This document shows, in pieces, positions 37,275 to 48,945 of a DNA stretch of 64,000 nucleotides (the first letter of the stretch is position 1; each line of letters starts with the position of its first letter). The notes beneath the pieces were generated by a model. It did no database searches and had not been told where the DNA came from. It saw only the letters and a program-made list of their open reading frames with translations. The stretch spans positions 3,846,001 through 3,910,000 of the forward strand of contig NC_045698.1 of assembly GCF_009834535.1 (NCBI RefSeq), written 5' to 3'. The stretch is from Camelus ferus (taxonomy: Eukaryota). The translations under genes and the position numbers were made by a program.

Positions 37275-39134
37275 CGACTCAAAGGTAGAAATTATTAACT
37301 CAAAGGTGGCCGCGCTCGCTCACTGTGGTACAGCTGCTCAGGAGAGGGTGCTGCCTTCTGAGGTCAGATTGTGCTCCTGCAAACACAAGAGCTGTCCTCA
37401 GCACCTCCAGGCTGCCCTGTGTTTTTTTTTTTTTTCTTGGAATCCTCTAAAAGCAATACTGCTCATCTTTCTGGCCAAGCTCAAATTTGCTTCACTTCTC
37501 CCTTCAAAAAGGTTTCTGTGTGTCCAACAACTGTCCACCCCATGTCTCTAAGCCAGCAGTTGAATGACTTAGTGGTTGTATCTGGAGCAGGCGATTCAAC
37601 GGCCTTCTGCACTGCGGATTCTCTGTGGCTGGTTCTTCCTCTGCAGTCAGCTATCAGCTCCTGTAAGGCACAGTCCTCGTGATGAAAACAACACAGCAGC
37701 GGCTGCAGGGGCAACAACACCCCAAACCCCTGCCTTGCGGGGCATCGCCCTGCTGCTCTGCACTGAGCGCCTTCCGTCGCATTGCCTGTGCAGCCTTACT
37801 GGCCGGGCACTTTGTAGGGCTCCCTGGCTGTTGGTTTGCCTGATGCTTTCTCCTGATTAGATTGAGGTTCTGCATTTTCAGCAAATATAGCACAGAAGTG
37901 GTGCTACCCCAGCCCTCTCCATCCCCAGGAGACTCGGGGGAAAGGTGTCCTTACCTAGGGAGGCTGCTTGCACCTGCCCTGTTGTATGGGATGGGGACAG
38001 GAAGAGAGAAATGTGATCTGGAACAAGGGGTGGGCTGTGTAGTCCCAACACTTTACCCAATAACACAGATCAAGGGACTGTTCACTGGGGCAGGAATCCT
38101 GAACTTGTATGTTTTCAAGAGTGGCATCTAAAATACCCTTGTCTTAACAGAAATTTCTGTGCCATCTGGTCTCTTCTGAGCCCCAGCTTTGTTTTGTGGG
38201 GTCCCTCCCTATTGAAGTCTCCTGATTCCTTTTCTGATGGGTCTCAGGGTGTCCCTGGCTTTACTTTTAACCCCTCATTCCCGTCACCTTCCCCTGTGTC
38301 AGATGCAATGGGTCAGCTGCTAGCTCCCTTTTATGTTGGAAGACAGGGCTTGACTTGTCCAGGCCCCACAAGCACGTAAGTGCAGGCACATGAGCCACCT
38401 GAGGCTCTGCCATTGCTCTCCCCGCCTGACTGTACCTGCACTGCGTCTCGGAACACGAGCAATTCGTCATTTCCTTGACACTCCAAGATCAGTCTTGGAT
38501 CTCAGCTTTGCCTTTAACCAACCAGCCTTGGGTGTCAACAACCCACTGAGGACCTTACAAACCAATGCACCTGCCAAAAGCTTTTCCTTCATGGTGTAAA
38601 CTGATCTTTCCATTGTGATGTTCATGATGATTCTTATAAATAAGTGGTGGGCAACTGGGAGACAGCTGTGACCCCTCCAAGTTCTGTGATAAATGAGCAG
38701 AATGGGTGGACTGGACAGCCATATCCGGTCATCAGATGTCAACGAAGGCACTTCCTTTGTGCTCTGTGTCCATTAGACAGAAGCCAGTTCCAAAGAAAGC
38801 CAGAGGCCCTGACAGTCCATAGTTTTCCACCCCAAAGCACGAGGAGACCGCAGGTGGGGAGGTCAGGAGACTGCTGGGAGTGGGCTCAGAGTAGGTTTTA
38901 GTTAGTGAAGGATCTTGAAGAGAAGGAGGCTCTCTGGATTCTGTGCAGCTGTCCCTAAGGATGGGTATATCAGCAGGAGTGAGAGCCCTTCATCCTTGCT
39001 TGCATCCTGAAAATAAACGCTTCTTATGAATAGGAAAGGGTGGGCTGGGAGGTGAGCCTGTGCCCTAAGAAGGTACAGGGGCAGTGTGCGAATGTGGACG
39101 TTCTTGGACCACACACAGGCTGCTTTCACCTGGG

Positions 39135-39721
39135 AGGTGAGTCCGGGTGAATTTGCCCCCACGTGTCCACACCCTAATTCGTGGACCCCATGTTTTGTCA
39201 TGGAAGAACTCTGTAGGTAGAATTAAGGCTGCAGATCTTAGAACACAGAGATTATCCTGAGTTATCTCCCAGGAGATACACTGGTGGGCTTGGTATAATT
39301 ATGTTAACCTTAAAAGGGGGAGAGGGAGGCAGAAGACTCATCAGAGGGATGTACCAGCAGAAGATGAAGCAGGAAGGTCCTGAAGCCGCGAGGGACTCAG
39401 CCCGTCCTTGCTGGCGTGAAGATGGAAGAAGGAGCCGTGAGCCAAGGAGTGCAGACGGTCCCTGAGAAGCTGGAAACAGCCTTCAGCCGGCGCCTTCAGC
39501 TGAGGAAGCGGGGCCTCTGTCCTACTACGAGAAATTGAATTCTGCCAACTACCCAGCTTAGCCAGAAGCAGATACTTCCTTACAGCCTCCAGGATGGACC
39601 ACATCCTGCTGACATGCAGATTTTAGCCTGGTAGGACCCGAGTCAGATTTCTGCCCTTCAGAATTGTAAAACCACAAAACCGTTGTCTTAACTCAGTAAC
39701 TTGTGGTTGGTTTGTTACACA
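39135..39721 (+). mobile_element. MLT1E-like MaLR LTR
   Basis: gagattatcctg...gagagggaggcagaaga...ttgctggcgtgaagatgga..ggagccgtgagccaagga...aattgaattctgccaac...gattttagcctggt..gacc...ttgtggttggtttgttac. Confidence 0.8.
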
Positions 39722-41073
39722 TCTCGGCGGTCTGCAGGACTGCATACAGACAGCACAGATAAACAAAGGAAAAGACTTTATATTTCATGCACAATTTTCC
39801 AATCTAAGGCGGTTCTAAAAAATTGAAACTGTGGGCTTTATCACAGCTATTTGCTAACGCAAATATGAAATTCCTGAACACTGAGCCTTTGGGTAAACAG
39901 GTGTTGCTCCAGCTAACTGACCATCCAATGAGAAATCACATCCACTTGGGCCAGGAAATAATCCCTTGTCTGTTTTTCATGTCATCTTTTATGATTTCCC
40001 TATTTAACTGCTACTTTTTTCAATAAACATGCTGTTTTAGAAAAACAACGTGTCAGTGATGAGTGTCCTGTCTTGAAAATGCAGCAGTACCTGGAGATCT
40101 GAAAAACATTCCATTTTTCTCTCTCTTTCTCAGTGACAGTTCCCTAAATTGCTAAATTGCTGCAATTTTCCAGACCCAGTGGGACTCCCAGGCCTTACTG
40201 AGTATCTGCCATGAACTCCCGATTTTCTGTGTAATCGTCTCATTCGGGCACATTTTTGTTTTCTTTACCTGTTGTCTGGCATGTGGCAAGGTAACTCACT
40301 CCACAGAGGCGCCATCTATTTTTCTGGCCACAGAAAACAGTTATTCTGTAATACACCCAAGGAACACTCCAGAAAGGTCCACAAGGAGGTAGAGCAGGGG
40401 AGATTTTGATCCCGTAGGACCAGACCTAGAAAACATACCTGCCTGCACTCTTGGGGCCCTTCCCTCTTTGGGGCACCCCTGCCCTTTATTTCTGACCTCC
40501 AGCTCCCCCTTGATGCCTGAGGTCTTCTTCTGAGGACCCCTGGAGAGATCCTGGCACTTTTCAACCTGAACCCCAGCCACATTATGAATGAACGCAGACA
40601 GTGTTTGAAAACTGTTGTTTTAAATCCTAATATATACAAATCATCTAACTGAAGGATGACCAGTGTCCCTGTGAGCACAACAACCTCAAGAAACCTATAG
40701 CCTTGTTGTGAATACGCCAACTTGTGTTTCACTGGCTTTTCTCCAGCCTGAGGAGGAGGAGTCTCCAATCCTATGCAAAGTTTCCTCCCCAAGTGTTTTG
40801 GGCATCCTCTTAACGCACCTTACAGGTTTCATGAATTTCTTTGCTGTTCCAGACACTGGTTTCCGCCAGGTGCTGTCCGTGGCCTCCTCTGTCTCAAACA
40901 CTGCAGTCTCCAGCCAGAGGCCAGGTGTTTTGATATTAATTTCATGGATGTTTATTTGACTCCATTCCTTGCCTGGGTTTTCATTAAGTATACTTTCTCT
41001 GAGGGGTTTGTTACTCCTGTTTTGTGTATCAATCCAATAGGTCCAATTTCATAAACATTTTTCCCCCCACTTA

Positions 41074-41414
41074 GTGGATTTTATTTATTTAGAGCCATTT
41101 TATATACGTAGGGAAATTATCGGAAAGTGAGGAGATACTCTCTGCTCCCCAGAACAGTTTTCCCTGTTACTACCTTTTGTATCAGTGCGGTGCGTTTGCT
41201 AAAACCGGTGAATCTACCTTGATACACTATCACTAACTGAAGTTTGTAATGTATCTTAGAGTTCATTCTTTGTGTTGTGCATTATATGGGTTCTGACAAA
41301 CGTGAAATGTCATGTCTCCGCAATTACAGTATCGTACAGAACGGTTTCACTGCCTTAAAAACCCTCTGTGCTCCACTAAGCCACCTCCCGCCCCCAACCC
41401 CTAGCAACTGCTGA
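41074..41414 (-). mobile_element. L1MC1/2-like 3' end
   Basis: ttgatacactatcactaactgaag...agagttcattctttgtgttgtgcatt.tatgggttctgacaaa...attacagtatcgtacagaa..gtttcactgccttaaaa..cctctgtgctccact. Confidence 0.85.
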
Positions 41415-42861
41415 AGAACCATCGAAATGGCACACTGGCCAACACGGGGTCGTTCCAGTTATGAAGTGGGGCTAAAGGGCATCGCGTGATATTCACCACT
41501 GCAGATCTATCCACCTTGTTTATTTCAGAGCTCTGGCCATACGAAGAAGAGGGGTTTGTATGTTATCAGAGCTCCTTCCCAAATCATAACTAGCAAAGGC
41601 AAGGGCCAGTCAGCAGAAGTGCCTCTGAAACAAGCCTGCACCCTAGGTTTGTCATCATGTATCAGCTTCCCAGTGTGACTCCTGTGATTCCTGTGGGTCC
41701 TCGGCTACAAGAAGACAGGCACTAAGAAAGCCACACCTGCAACACTCCATGTCCCATTTTCAAGACCTCAAGAATTGCCTGATATCAATTACTGTCCAGT
41801 AAAGATCGTATTTTTCTGAGATGGGAGCAGTGCCTGTTTGTGCTGGCATAGCCACCCATCGTTTCCAAGATACACACCAGCACCGCACTTGACATCCAGA
41901 GGTCGGCTGCTGCAATCTACCTGTCTAATTCTGTCATCACCCGTAGCTCTGTTTTCTCTCCTGTCCCTGGGGGTGTAGTTGTGCTGCAGGCTATTCTATC
42001 TTCAGGAGAGATCCCCCCCCCAATGCAAGGAGAAAAGGACTGTCTGTATTTGGACAAATCTACTTTAAAGAAGAAGCAATCCTTATTTCAGAGCATACTT
42101 GTAAGATGATCACTCAGACATGCATTTCCTTGGAAAGGATGCTGCGTGGTTGTCAACGCTCAGCTCTCAACATCCTAACTATCTCACAGGGCATCATCTT
42201 GGGGTGTGATGCAGACTGAGGCCACACTTTCAGACTGGGTCCTGGAGCCCAGACCTCGGAATCCAGTTTTTGGGGGCCCCTAGGAGGATGTTGCTCCCGT
42301 TTGGCTTCCTGAAAACTGAGGTCATTTAATTGCATGGGGCCCCCTCTTTTTCCAGGAATAGTTTTATTTTATATAGATATTCAGAGTCCAATATAGGGGA
42401 CTGAAAATCACCTTCCACGGCACCCTTTTTCTAGATGATTCTCTGGAACTCAAGGTAATTAATCTACTTGGCAAACTCAAACCCCACCTTTTATCTTCTG
42501 AAGACCATCGCTTCACTGCCCAGGTATTGTAACACATTCTGTGGACTTTTTGTCAGACTTGGGCTCCTCACACAGTCCAATATTTTCATGTTATCATTTT
42601 TTTTACCCCATCCAAATTATTCATGCTTATTCTCATAATTCTTCGGTGGGTCATATTCTGTCTTGAAGGAGCTGGCCTCAGTTCTAGGACTTACAAGGTG
42701 CACTGAAGGTACAAGCTTCACAAGAACCCTTAGAATTCCACCCCCAAGTCCTCCTGGTGATTAGAACCATTTATTCCAGCAAATACAGAGCCTTAGTCTC
42801 AACTTTGATTCAGTGAAGTCATTGCTGTGTGGCCTGGTGGAATCATTCCTCTTTTGGAAAC

Positions 42862-42937
42862 TGTGATGGTTAATTTATGTGTCAACATGACTGGGACAAT
42901 GAGGGACCAGTCATCTGACCAAACAACATTCTCTGGG

Positions 42938-42982
<45 letters not shown>

Positions 42983-43308
42983 TGTTTCTGGATGAAATCA
43001 ACATCTGAACTGATTGAGGAGTGCAAGTTGCCCTTCCTAACTTAAACAGAACTCATCAATTGAAAACCTGAACAGAACAAAAACATCTGACATTCCCATG
43101 ATGAAGGCAGAATTCCTCTTGCCCGACTGCCTTGAGCTGGGACATGGGTCTTTTCCTGGCCTTTGAACTTGGACTGAAACGTTGATTCTTCTTGAGTCCT
43201 GAGCTTAACAGCTGCAGATCTTGTCACTTCTCAGCCTCCATAATCATGTGAGCCAACTCCTTATAATAAACCTATTGGTTTATTATTTCTCTGGAGAACC
43301 CTATCATA
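42862..43308 (+). mobile_element. MLT2B/C-like ERV-L LTR
   Basis: tgtgatggttaatttatgtgtcaac.tgactgg...gactgccttgagctgggacat...ctcagcctccataatcatgtgagccaa...tctctggagaaccct; TSD gaaac/ggaac. Confidence 0.88.
42940..42981 (+). repeat. (TG)n microsatellite inside MLT2
   Basis: About 20 TG units. Confidence 0.95.
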
Positions 43309-43320
43309 GGAACTAAGACC

Positions 43321-44010
43321 GAGGACTGGAATTGAGGGAGCCAAGTGAAGCATCTGTCTCAGGCACAAAATTTGAGGCACCAAAAGATTCTAGTCAAGAT
43401 AAATAGTATTTTAATGCAATATTTTAAAAAAAAATCAATATTGATGCCAGAAATACATGATGAACAAAAATGCCAAAATTTGAAATGAAGACAAGACCCA
43501 ACAGGAGCCAAACCATTTTGGAGCCTAAGCAGCAAAGGGGAAAATGTGCATCCTTATATATAGGTTTTTGTGTATTTTGTTTTAGTAAATAATTTTTCTA
43601 CAATATTAAAGTAGTTGAAAAAGTATTAAAAGATTGAAAGTAGGTATCTTGGAATTTGAAACATGTTAAAATGTTTTATTTATATCAAAAGCAGAATTTA
43701 TTATAATGCTACTTTTTCTGGCTTTAATGGAAACAAATTCATGGTAATATTTTCAAAATCAACTTCCTTGCTTATCTCTTTTCAACTGAGAATTGCCGTG
43801 TTGGACAATTTCTCATCACCAAGTGACAATTTTAAATAAAGCTTAATTAACGTCAGATTACAAAACCTGTCTTTATTTGAATTCCTAATATTGTGTTCAC
43901 CAGAGCTTTTTTGAAAAATTGCATTAAAATATTATTTATCCCAATGAACGAGTTTTTGGCTCTTCTTACATCTGACTCTTGAGGTAAGTGCCTCACTTGT
44001 CTTACCTGTT
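43321..44010. mobile_element. MER96B-like hAT-Tip100 element with long TIRs and a transposase remnant
   Basis: Left arm (aagtgaagca..tgtctcaggcacaaaattt...gataaatagtattttaatgcaat...atgatgaacaaaa...aagacaag) is mirrored by the right arm (cctgtctttattt...tgttcacca...attgcattaaaatattatttatc...gaggtaagtgcctcacttgtc). Confidence 0.8.
43704..43856 (-). pseudogene. hAT transposase C-terminal dimerisation-domain remnant
   Basis: Minus-strand translation LTLIKLYLKLSLGDEKLSNTAILS*KEISKEVDFENI, then after a frameshift EFVSIKARK; compare the hAT motif LKLIK.YLRS.M..ERLS.LAILSIE......DF..II.EFA..KARK. Confidence 0.75.
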
Positions 44011-45989
44011 ATGAGGTGCAATAGTGAGAGGGATGCGTGAGAGACACATCCCCAGTTTTTACCCCTTAAATTTCCAGATGTGTCCACATTGCCTCTGGGG
44101 GAAATAGTGCTGTACAACCTGTTCACTTGGACTTTAATAAACATTGCTTCCTGTAAGACGGTCCTTCAGATTTTTAGGATATTGTTTCTTAACTGAAATC
44201 ATAATTAAAAATTTAGTAGATCGGTTCACTATTTCGTCTGACCATCTGTCTCTCAATGGCAGGCTGTGGATGAAAGCCAGAGGACTCTGTGGACACGAGC
44301 ATGTGGCTGTATGTCTTTTGCTGTGACATTTGTTGCTCAATTAGGAGCCATGGAGTGAGGTGCCTTAATGGTGAATCAGGCATTTCATACATCCACAGAT
44401 GTCGGTGCTGGCAGAAGCATTAATCAGGAAGTCAAATCCACACCCAGAATACATGTCTATTTTGGGACAGACACATCCCTTTCCCTTCCACCGTGGAAGG
44501 CATTTCATATAATTAACTTGGCACAAGTACTTGAATGGTCCCCTCAAGGAATGGTGGCCATGTCAGGGCACAGTGCTGTCATCAGGCAGAAACTTATCAG
44601 TGGCAGGAGACAGAGTGGCATCACTGAGAGGAATTCCAAGTTGTTGAGCTGTGCGTTGCCTCGTAGCAAATGTCATGCCATTTTGTTTGGCGCTGGTGTG
44701 GCTGGGGAAAGGACACGTGGTGGAACAGGCTGCCTTATCTACCTGGTTTTCATAGCCTCTTCTGCAGAGATGCCTGCTGGTAGGTATTCACTCAGGTCTC
44801 AAACGTCTTCACAGATCATGCCCAGCCTGCGAGACCCCTCCATGTACCTACTCCCCAGGCATCCGGCCAGTTCATTCCAGATCCCTGACCATCTAGCCAA
44901 CCGCTGGCTGCAGCTTGTAAACCAGGTGGAGCCCTTTCTCTGCTGTGCTTTAGTCAGGAAAAAGTGGACCATCTACTATACGACATGGGAAGATTTTATC
45001 TTCAACCCTGGTCATTTATGAACATCTCTCTATGACGCTGTAATGCTCCAGTCGTCAACCACTGATCAGGGCCACTAAATTATAAAACTATCTCTGTATC
45101 AGGGCTGATTAGTAGTTTTGTTCCAATTCAGCCAGTCATAGGGAGCTCTGTGTGAGGTCTCAGACAGGAGGCAATAGAAGAAATAAGTTCCATGAGACTC
45201 TGAGGCAAATGGTCATGTGGTTTGCTGTGCTTCCAGGATTTGATCAAACCCTGTATCTTTTATGCCTTTGCCATTTGATGATGGATTTGCTGTTGCTCAC
45301 ATCAGTCCTGTGGCTTGTCAACCACAAGGGCTCAACAGCAAGCTGGAAAGTACATCTTAAAAGCAGAATGGTTGTCTGAGACTTTGTTCCACAAACCTGA
45401 GGTTCTGTGCCGCGATCCATTTGCTGGGGGCACGTCATGGCTGCATCCAGCTTCCCTTCTTGCTGCAGGTGCTTTGAATGCCACTGGAGCTCCTGGCTCC
45501 TAAGACCCGTGTGGGAGAGCAGGTTAGCCATAGATGGACCACAATAATGTCGCAGAGTAACCAAAACTGTCACCTTTTCCCCCCAACACGATTAAAACAT
45601 TTTTAACAACCCTGCACGGACTTGTCCACAATATAAATAACTTAAAATATCAATTACTTAGTTATTTAGCACATAATGAACTCATTAGACTGTGTATGCA
45701 ATATCGTACAGACACAGAAGCAAATTTTATTTTTCTTTTACACTGAAAGGAGCGTAATAATGAAGTAATATGTTAAACATACATAAATAATGCAAAAAGA
45801 GTTTGCAAAGTCAATTTTATACACAAGGCAATACTGAAATGAAGATTTCTTAATGAATAAAGAAAGTTGCTTGAGTAGGACCTGGTGATGAAAGGGGCAA
45901 GATAGAGGACTTGGTTCCTGGTCCTGTTTGGTGGAAGGTGAGAGTGGACAAGAGTAGGCAGGTGAGGGGGTGAGTGAGACCGGCTGAAG

Positions 45990-46292
45990 TAGAGCCAGAG
46001 TCATTTTCTTCTGAGGCGGCGGAGAGGATCTGATCCGCGCCTCCCTCCTGGCTTCTGGGGGCTTGCTGGCCACCTCTGGTGCCCCTGGGCTTGTGGCCGC
46101 AGATCTCCAGCTTCACCCAGCATTCTCTTTGTGTACCTGCCTGTCTCCACATCCAAGTTTCCTCTTTTCATGTGGACATCAGCCGTACTGGATTGGGGTC
46201 ACCCTGACGACCCCAACTTGGTCAGCTGCAAAGACTGTTTCCAAATAAGTTTGTACTCACAGGTACAGGGGGTTAAAACTTCAATATCTTTT
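45990..46292 (-). mobile_element. MLT1C-like MaLR LTR fragment
   Basis: ccttctgagg-like start...cctggcttctgggggcttgctggc..cctgggcttgtgg...ggacatcagccgtactggatt...tgcaaagactgtttccaaataag...gggggttaaaacttcaatatcttt. Confidence 0.8.
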
Positions 46293-46293
46293 C

Positions 46294-47670
46294 CATCTGG
46301 TGTATTTTCTGCTTAGTCTTAGAATCAGCCATTTCTCTAAGGAGTCTTTCTCCCTTTTGTTGGAGAGTGGTGTCAGAAACTGAGATCGGGGTGCGTGGTG
46401 TGCTCTTTGCTACCAGAGTGTCTGTCTAACGTTTCTAAGCCCTCTCAGCTGACAGATCAAGGAAACGTGTGTGCATACTACCATGTGTATGCACAGGCCT
46501 ATAAATACTTCTGTATGTAGCCATACATCTAAGTTAAGCTAGATATGAGTTTGTATTGATGCCTCCAATCCTAACCCTTCACCACATGGGTCATTCTAGC
46601 CTCCTGCTCTGGCTTATCCTGTCCACTCCACCCCAACAGTGAGAAGCGTGGCCTCCCTCCCACTCCCCACCATCCACTTACACAATCGTTCGCACCCAGT
46701 TTGCGCACAGAGTGGCAGCGAAATTGTACATCTACCCCCTCATCGGCAACAACTTTATCAACTAGATAAAAGTACTGTTCCCTTTAGTCTTAGAAAGTCA
46801 CTCCTCCTCAGCTACTCGTCAGCACCTTTCCCTCCATCCCCTTCACACATACGTGATACCACTATATTCTTTTGTCACAGCCTTCCTTCCTTCCTGAGAT
46901 CCTCCAAAACTCTTACATGACTTTTTAAAATTTGCATATATTAAAGTTCACTCTGTGTGCTGTAAATTTCAATGGGTTTTGACAGGCATTTAATGTCACG
47001 TACCCACCATTACAGTATCACATAGAATAATTTAATCTCTCTAAAAATTTCCCCTGGAATTCACCTACTCATTCTGCTGTCTCTTTGAATCTCTGGCAAC
47101 CACAGATCTTTTTATCATCGCTATGGTTTTACTTTCACAGAATGTATCGTGATGGGAGTCATACAGCCTTTTCAGACTGACATCTTTCATGCAGCAATTT
47201 GTTTATCAGATTCACCAATGTCTTCTTATGGCCTGATAGTTCTTTTCTTTTAAGTGCTGAGTAGCATTCTGTTACTTAGATGGGCCACAGTTTATTTACC
47301 CATTTACCTATGGAAGGTCATCTTAGCTGCTTCTAGTTTTTGGCAATTATGTATCAAGCTACTATAAATATTTATGTGCAGGTTTCTGTGTGGACAAAAA
47401 TTTTCAGGTTAGCTGAGTGAATGCTTAGGTGCATGATTGCCGGATTGTATGGTAATACTATGTTTAGTTTACAACAAACTGGCAATTGCCTTGCAAAGCA
47501 GCTATACTACTTTACAAACCCGCCATTCCCAAAGTGGCCGCACCATGTTGATTTCTTCATTTGCTGCAGAACTGAATGAGAGTTTTTGTTGTTCCAAGTC
47601 CTTGCCAGCAGTTTATATTGTCAGCTTTTTGGATTTTAGCCGTTTTGATAGGTGTGGTATTTCCATTGAT
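46294..47670 (-). mobile_element. L1MD1/2-like 3' end
   Basis: tagaatcagccatttctctaaggag...ctctcagctgacaga.caaggaaa...ccaacagtgagaa...attaaagttcactct...ctctggcaaccacagatc...gcaggtttctgtgtggac...ttgataggtgtg. Confidence 0.85.
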
Positions 47671-48319
47671 TTTTGGGGGGTGGGGTGGGTTTCCGTTGAT
47701 TTTTTAACGTAACGTTTTTCGTAAAAATGGACTGATAAACTAGAGTATCTTCTTAATGTCAAAATTCTTCCTTCAATCCTTCTTCAAGTACCAGAATGTC
47801 CATCACTGCCTCATACCAGCTACCACATGTCACATGCCTTGAATGCTTTCATAATTCTTGGGTTCACAAGCTTTCATGGAAAAGCAAAAGAACAGACATT
47901 CATGTTTGCATAAAAGACCAGCACTAGAAGGTTGCCTGGGAGCGTTGTCAGGGTAGACGAAGAACGAAGTCAGAGACCTGTAGTCTTGCAGCAGCTGGGC
48001 TATTCGAAAGCAAAGGACATGTCACCCCTATTGGCAACTGGGCTACCAGAGTCAAGGTGGGAACAGGATATTCCTGTGAAGCAGCTCCTCGTTACCACTT
48101 CTTGGAGTCAGAAATCTGAGCCTATGGAGAGGGGAAGGCAGTGTTTCTAGCAGTTTGGGAAATGGGTGTCCAGTAGACTCTCTCTTCTTACACTGTGAAC
48201 ATGTCAAGACGCTTGGATGCTCTGTCATCTCTCTCGTGATACTGCTTCTAAATGCCGTGGGTGTGGTGGGGGGTCTGCTCTGCCTCCTGTGTGAGTGTAA
48301 ATGGGCATCAGCACGGCTT

Positions 48320-48801
48320 TATTTTTCCAAATCCTCAGTATCTGAAATTTTTGTATTTCACCTGTTCCCTCTAATTCTACGTGAAACTGGATAGTTCTTT
48401 TCTGAGATTAAATCTTTCTCATAGAACCTGGTAAAACAGAACCAGGACAAAGAACTCACATACCACTTGGCCTCACAGCCTCTTTGCCTAGTCCCACAAG
48501 TTCAGTTCATCAGATTATTTACTACTTTTATTTTATCAAAGATGATAATTTGACCAAATGTTTTGCTACCACCTAACATAGATAGCCATTTTTCTAGCCT
48601 ATATTTTCCTATATTAGTTATAATTAACATAACTTTTTATTCATGAGGTCTTGTTATTTCCATGAAAAACACTGAGGCCACTTTGATTTTTAATTACGCG
48701 AGTTTGCAGTTCCATAGTGCTCATTGACACGCAGAACCGAGGCCAATGCCATGTAATTTCTCTGTTTGTTAGGACAACACCTCCCTTCTGATACCAAGTT
48801 C
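48320..48801 (-). mobile_element. MLT1 (MaLR) internal region, 5' part
   Basis: ttcttttctgagattaaatctttctcatagaacctgg...ggccaatgccatgtaattt...tgtttgttaggacaacacctcccttctgataccaagttc abutting an LTR. Confidence 0.65.
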
Positions 48802-48945
48802 TGTGTTGGTAACATTTTGCAGTGATGATGATGCACAGATCTTGGTGAATTTCTATAGCAGCGTTAGTTTCTCGCTCAGGAGTCTGTGAGTTGCTGGAGC
48901 AGTTTTTCTCAGGCTGCAGGTCAGATTCAAGTCTGCTCCAGTCCC
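48802..48945 (-). mobile_element. MLT1I/J-like LTR fragment joined to the MLT1 internal region
   Basis: tgtgttggta...tttctcgctca.gagtctgtg...caggctgcaggtcagattcaagtctgctcca. Confidence 0.6.

Larger units (their letters stand above)
42400..45560 (-). mobile_element. ERV-L internal fossil (pol tether/RNase H, integrase, dUTPase-like region), interrupted twice
   Basis: ORF 44365-44547(-) QVNYMKCLPRWKGK...IDMYSGCGFDF..NASASTDICGCMKCLIHH resembles ERV-L integrase QVDYIGPLPSWKGQ...IDTYSGYGFAF..NASAKTTIRGLTECLIH; gaggaatgattccaccaggccacacagcaatga on the minus strand at ~42820-42850; GLWNKV tether-like motif near 45390. Confidence 0.8.

Noticed and set aside
44368..45021. Longest ORF in the track (217 aa, + strand)
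   Set aside because: It lies antisense to decayed ERV-L pol and shows no recognisable protein similarity; a chance open frame.
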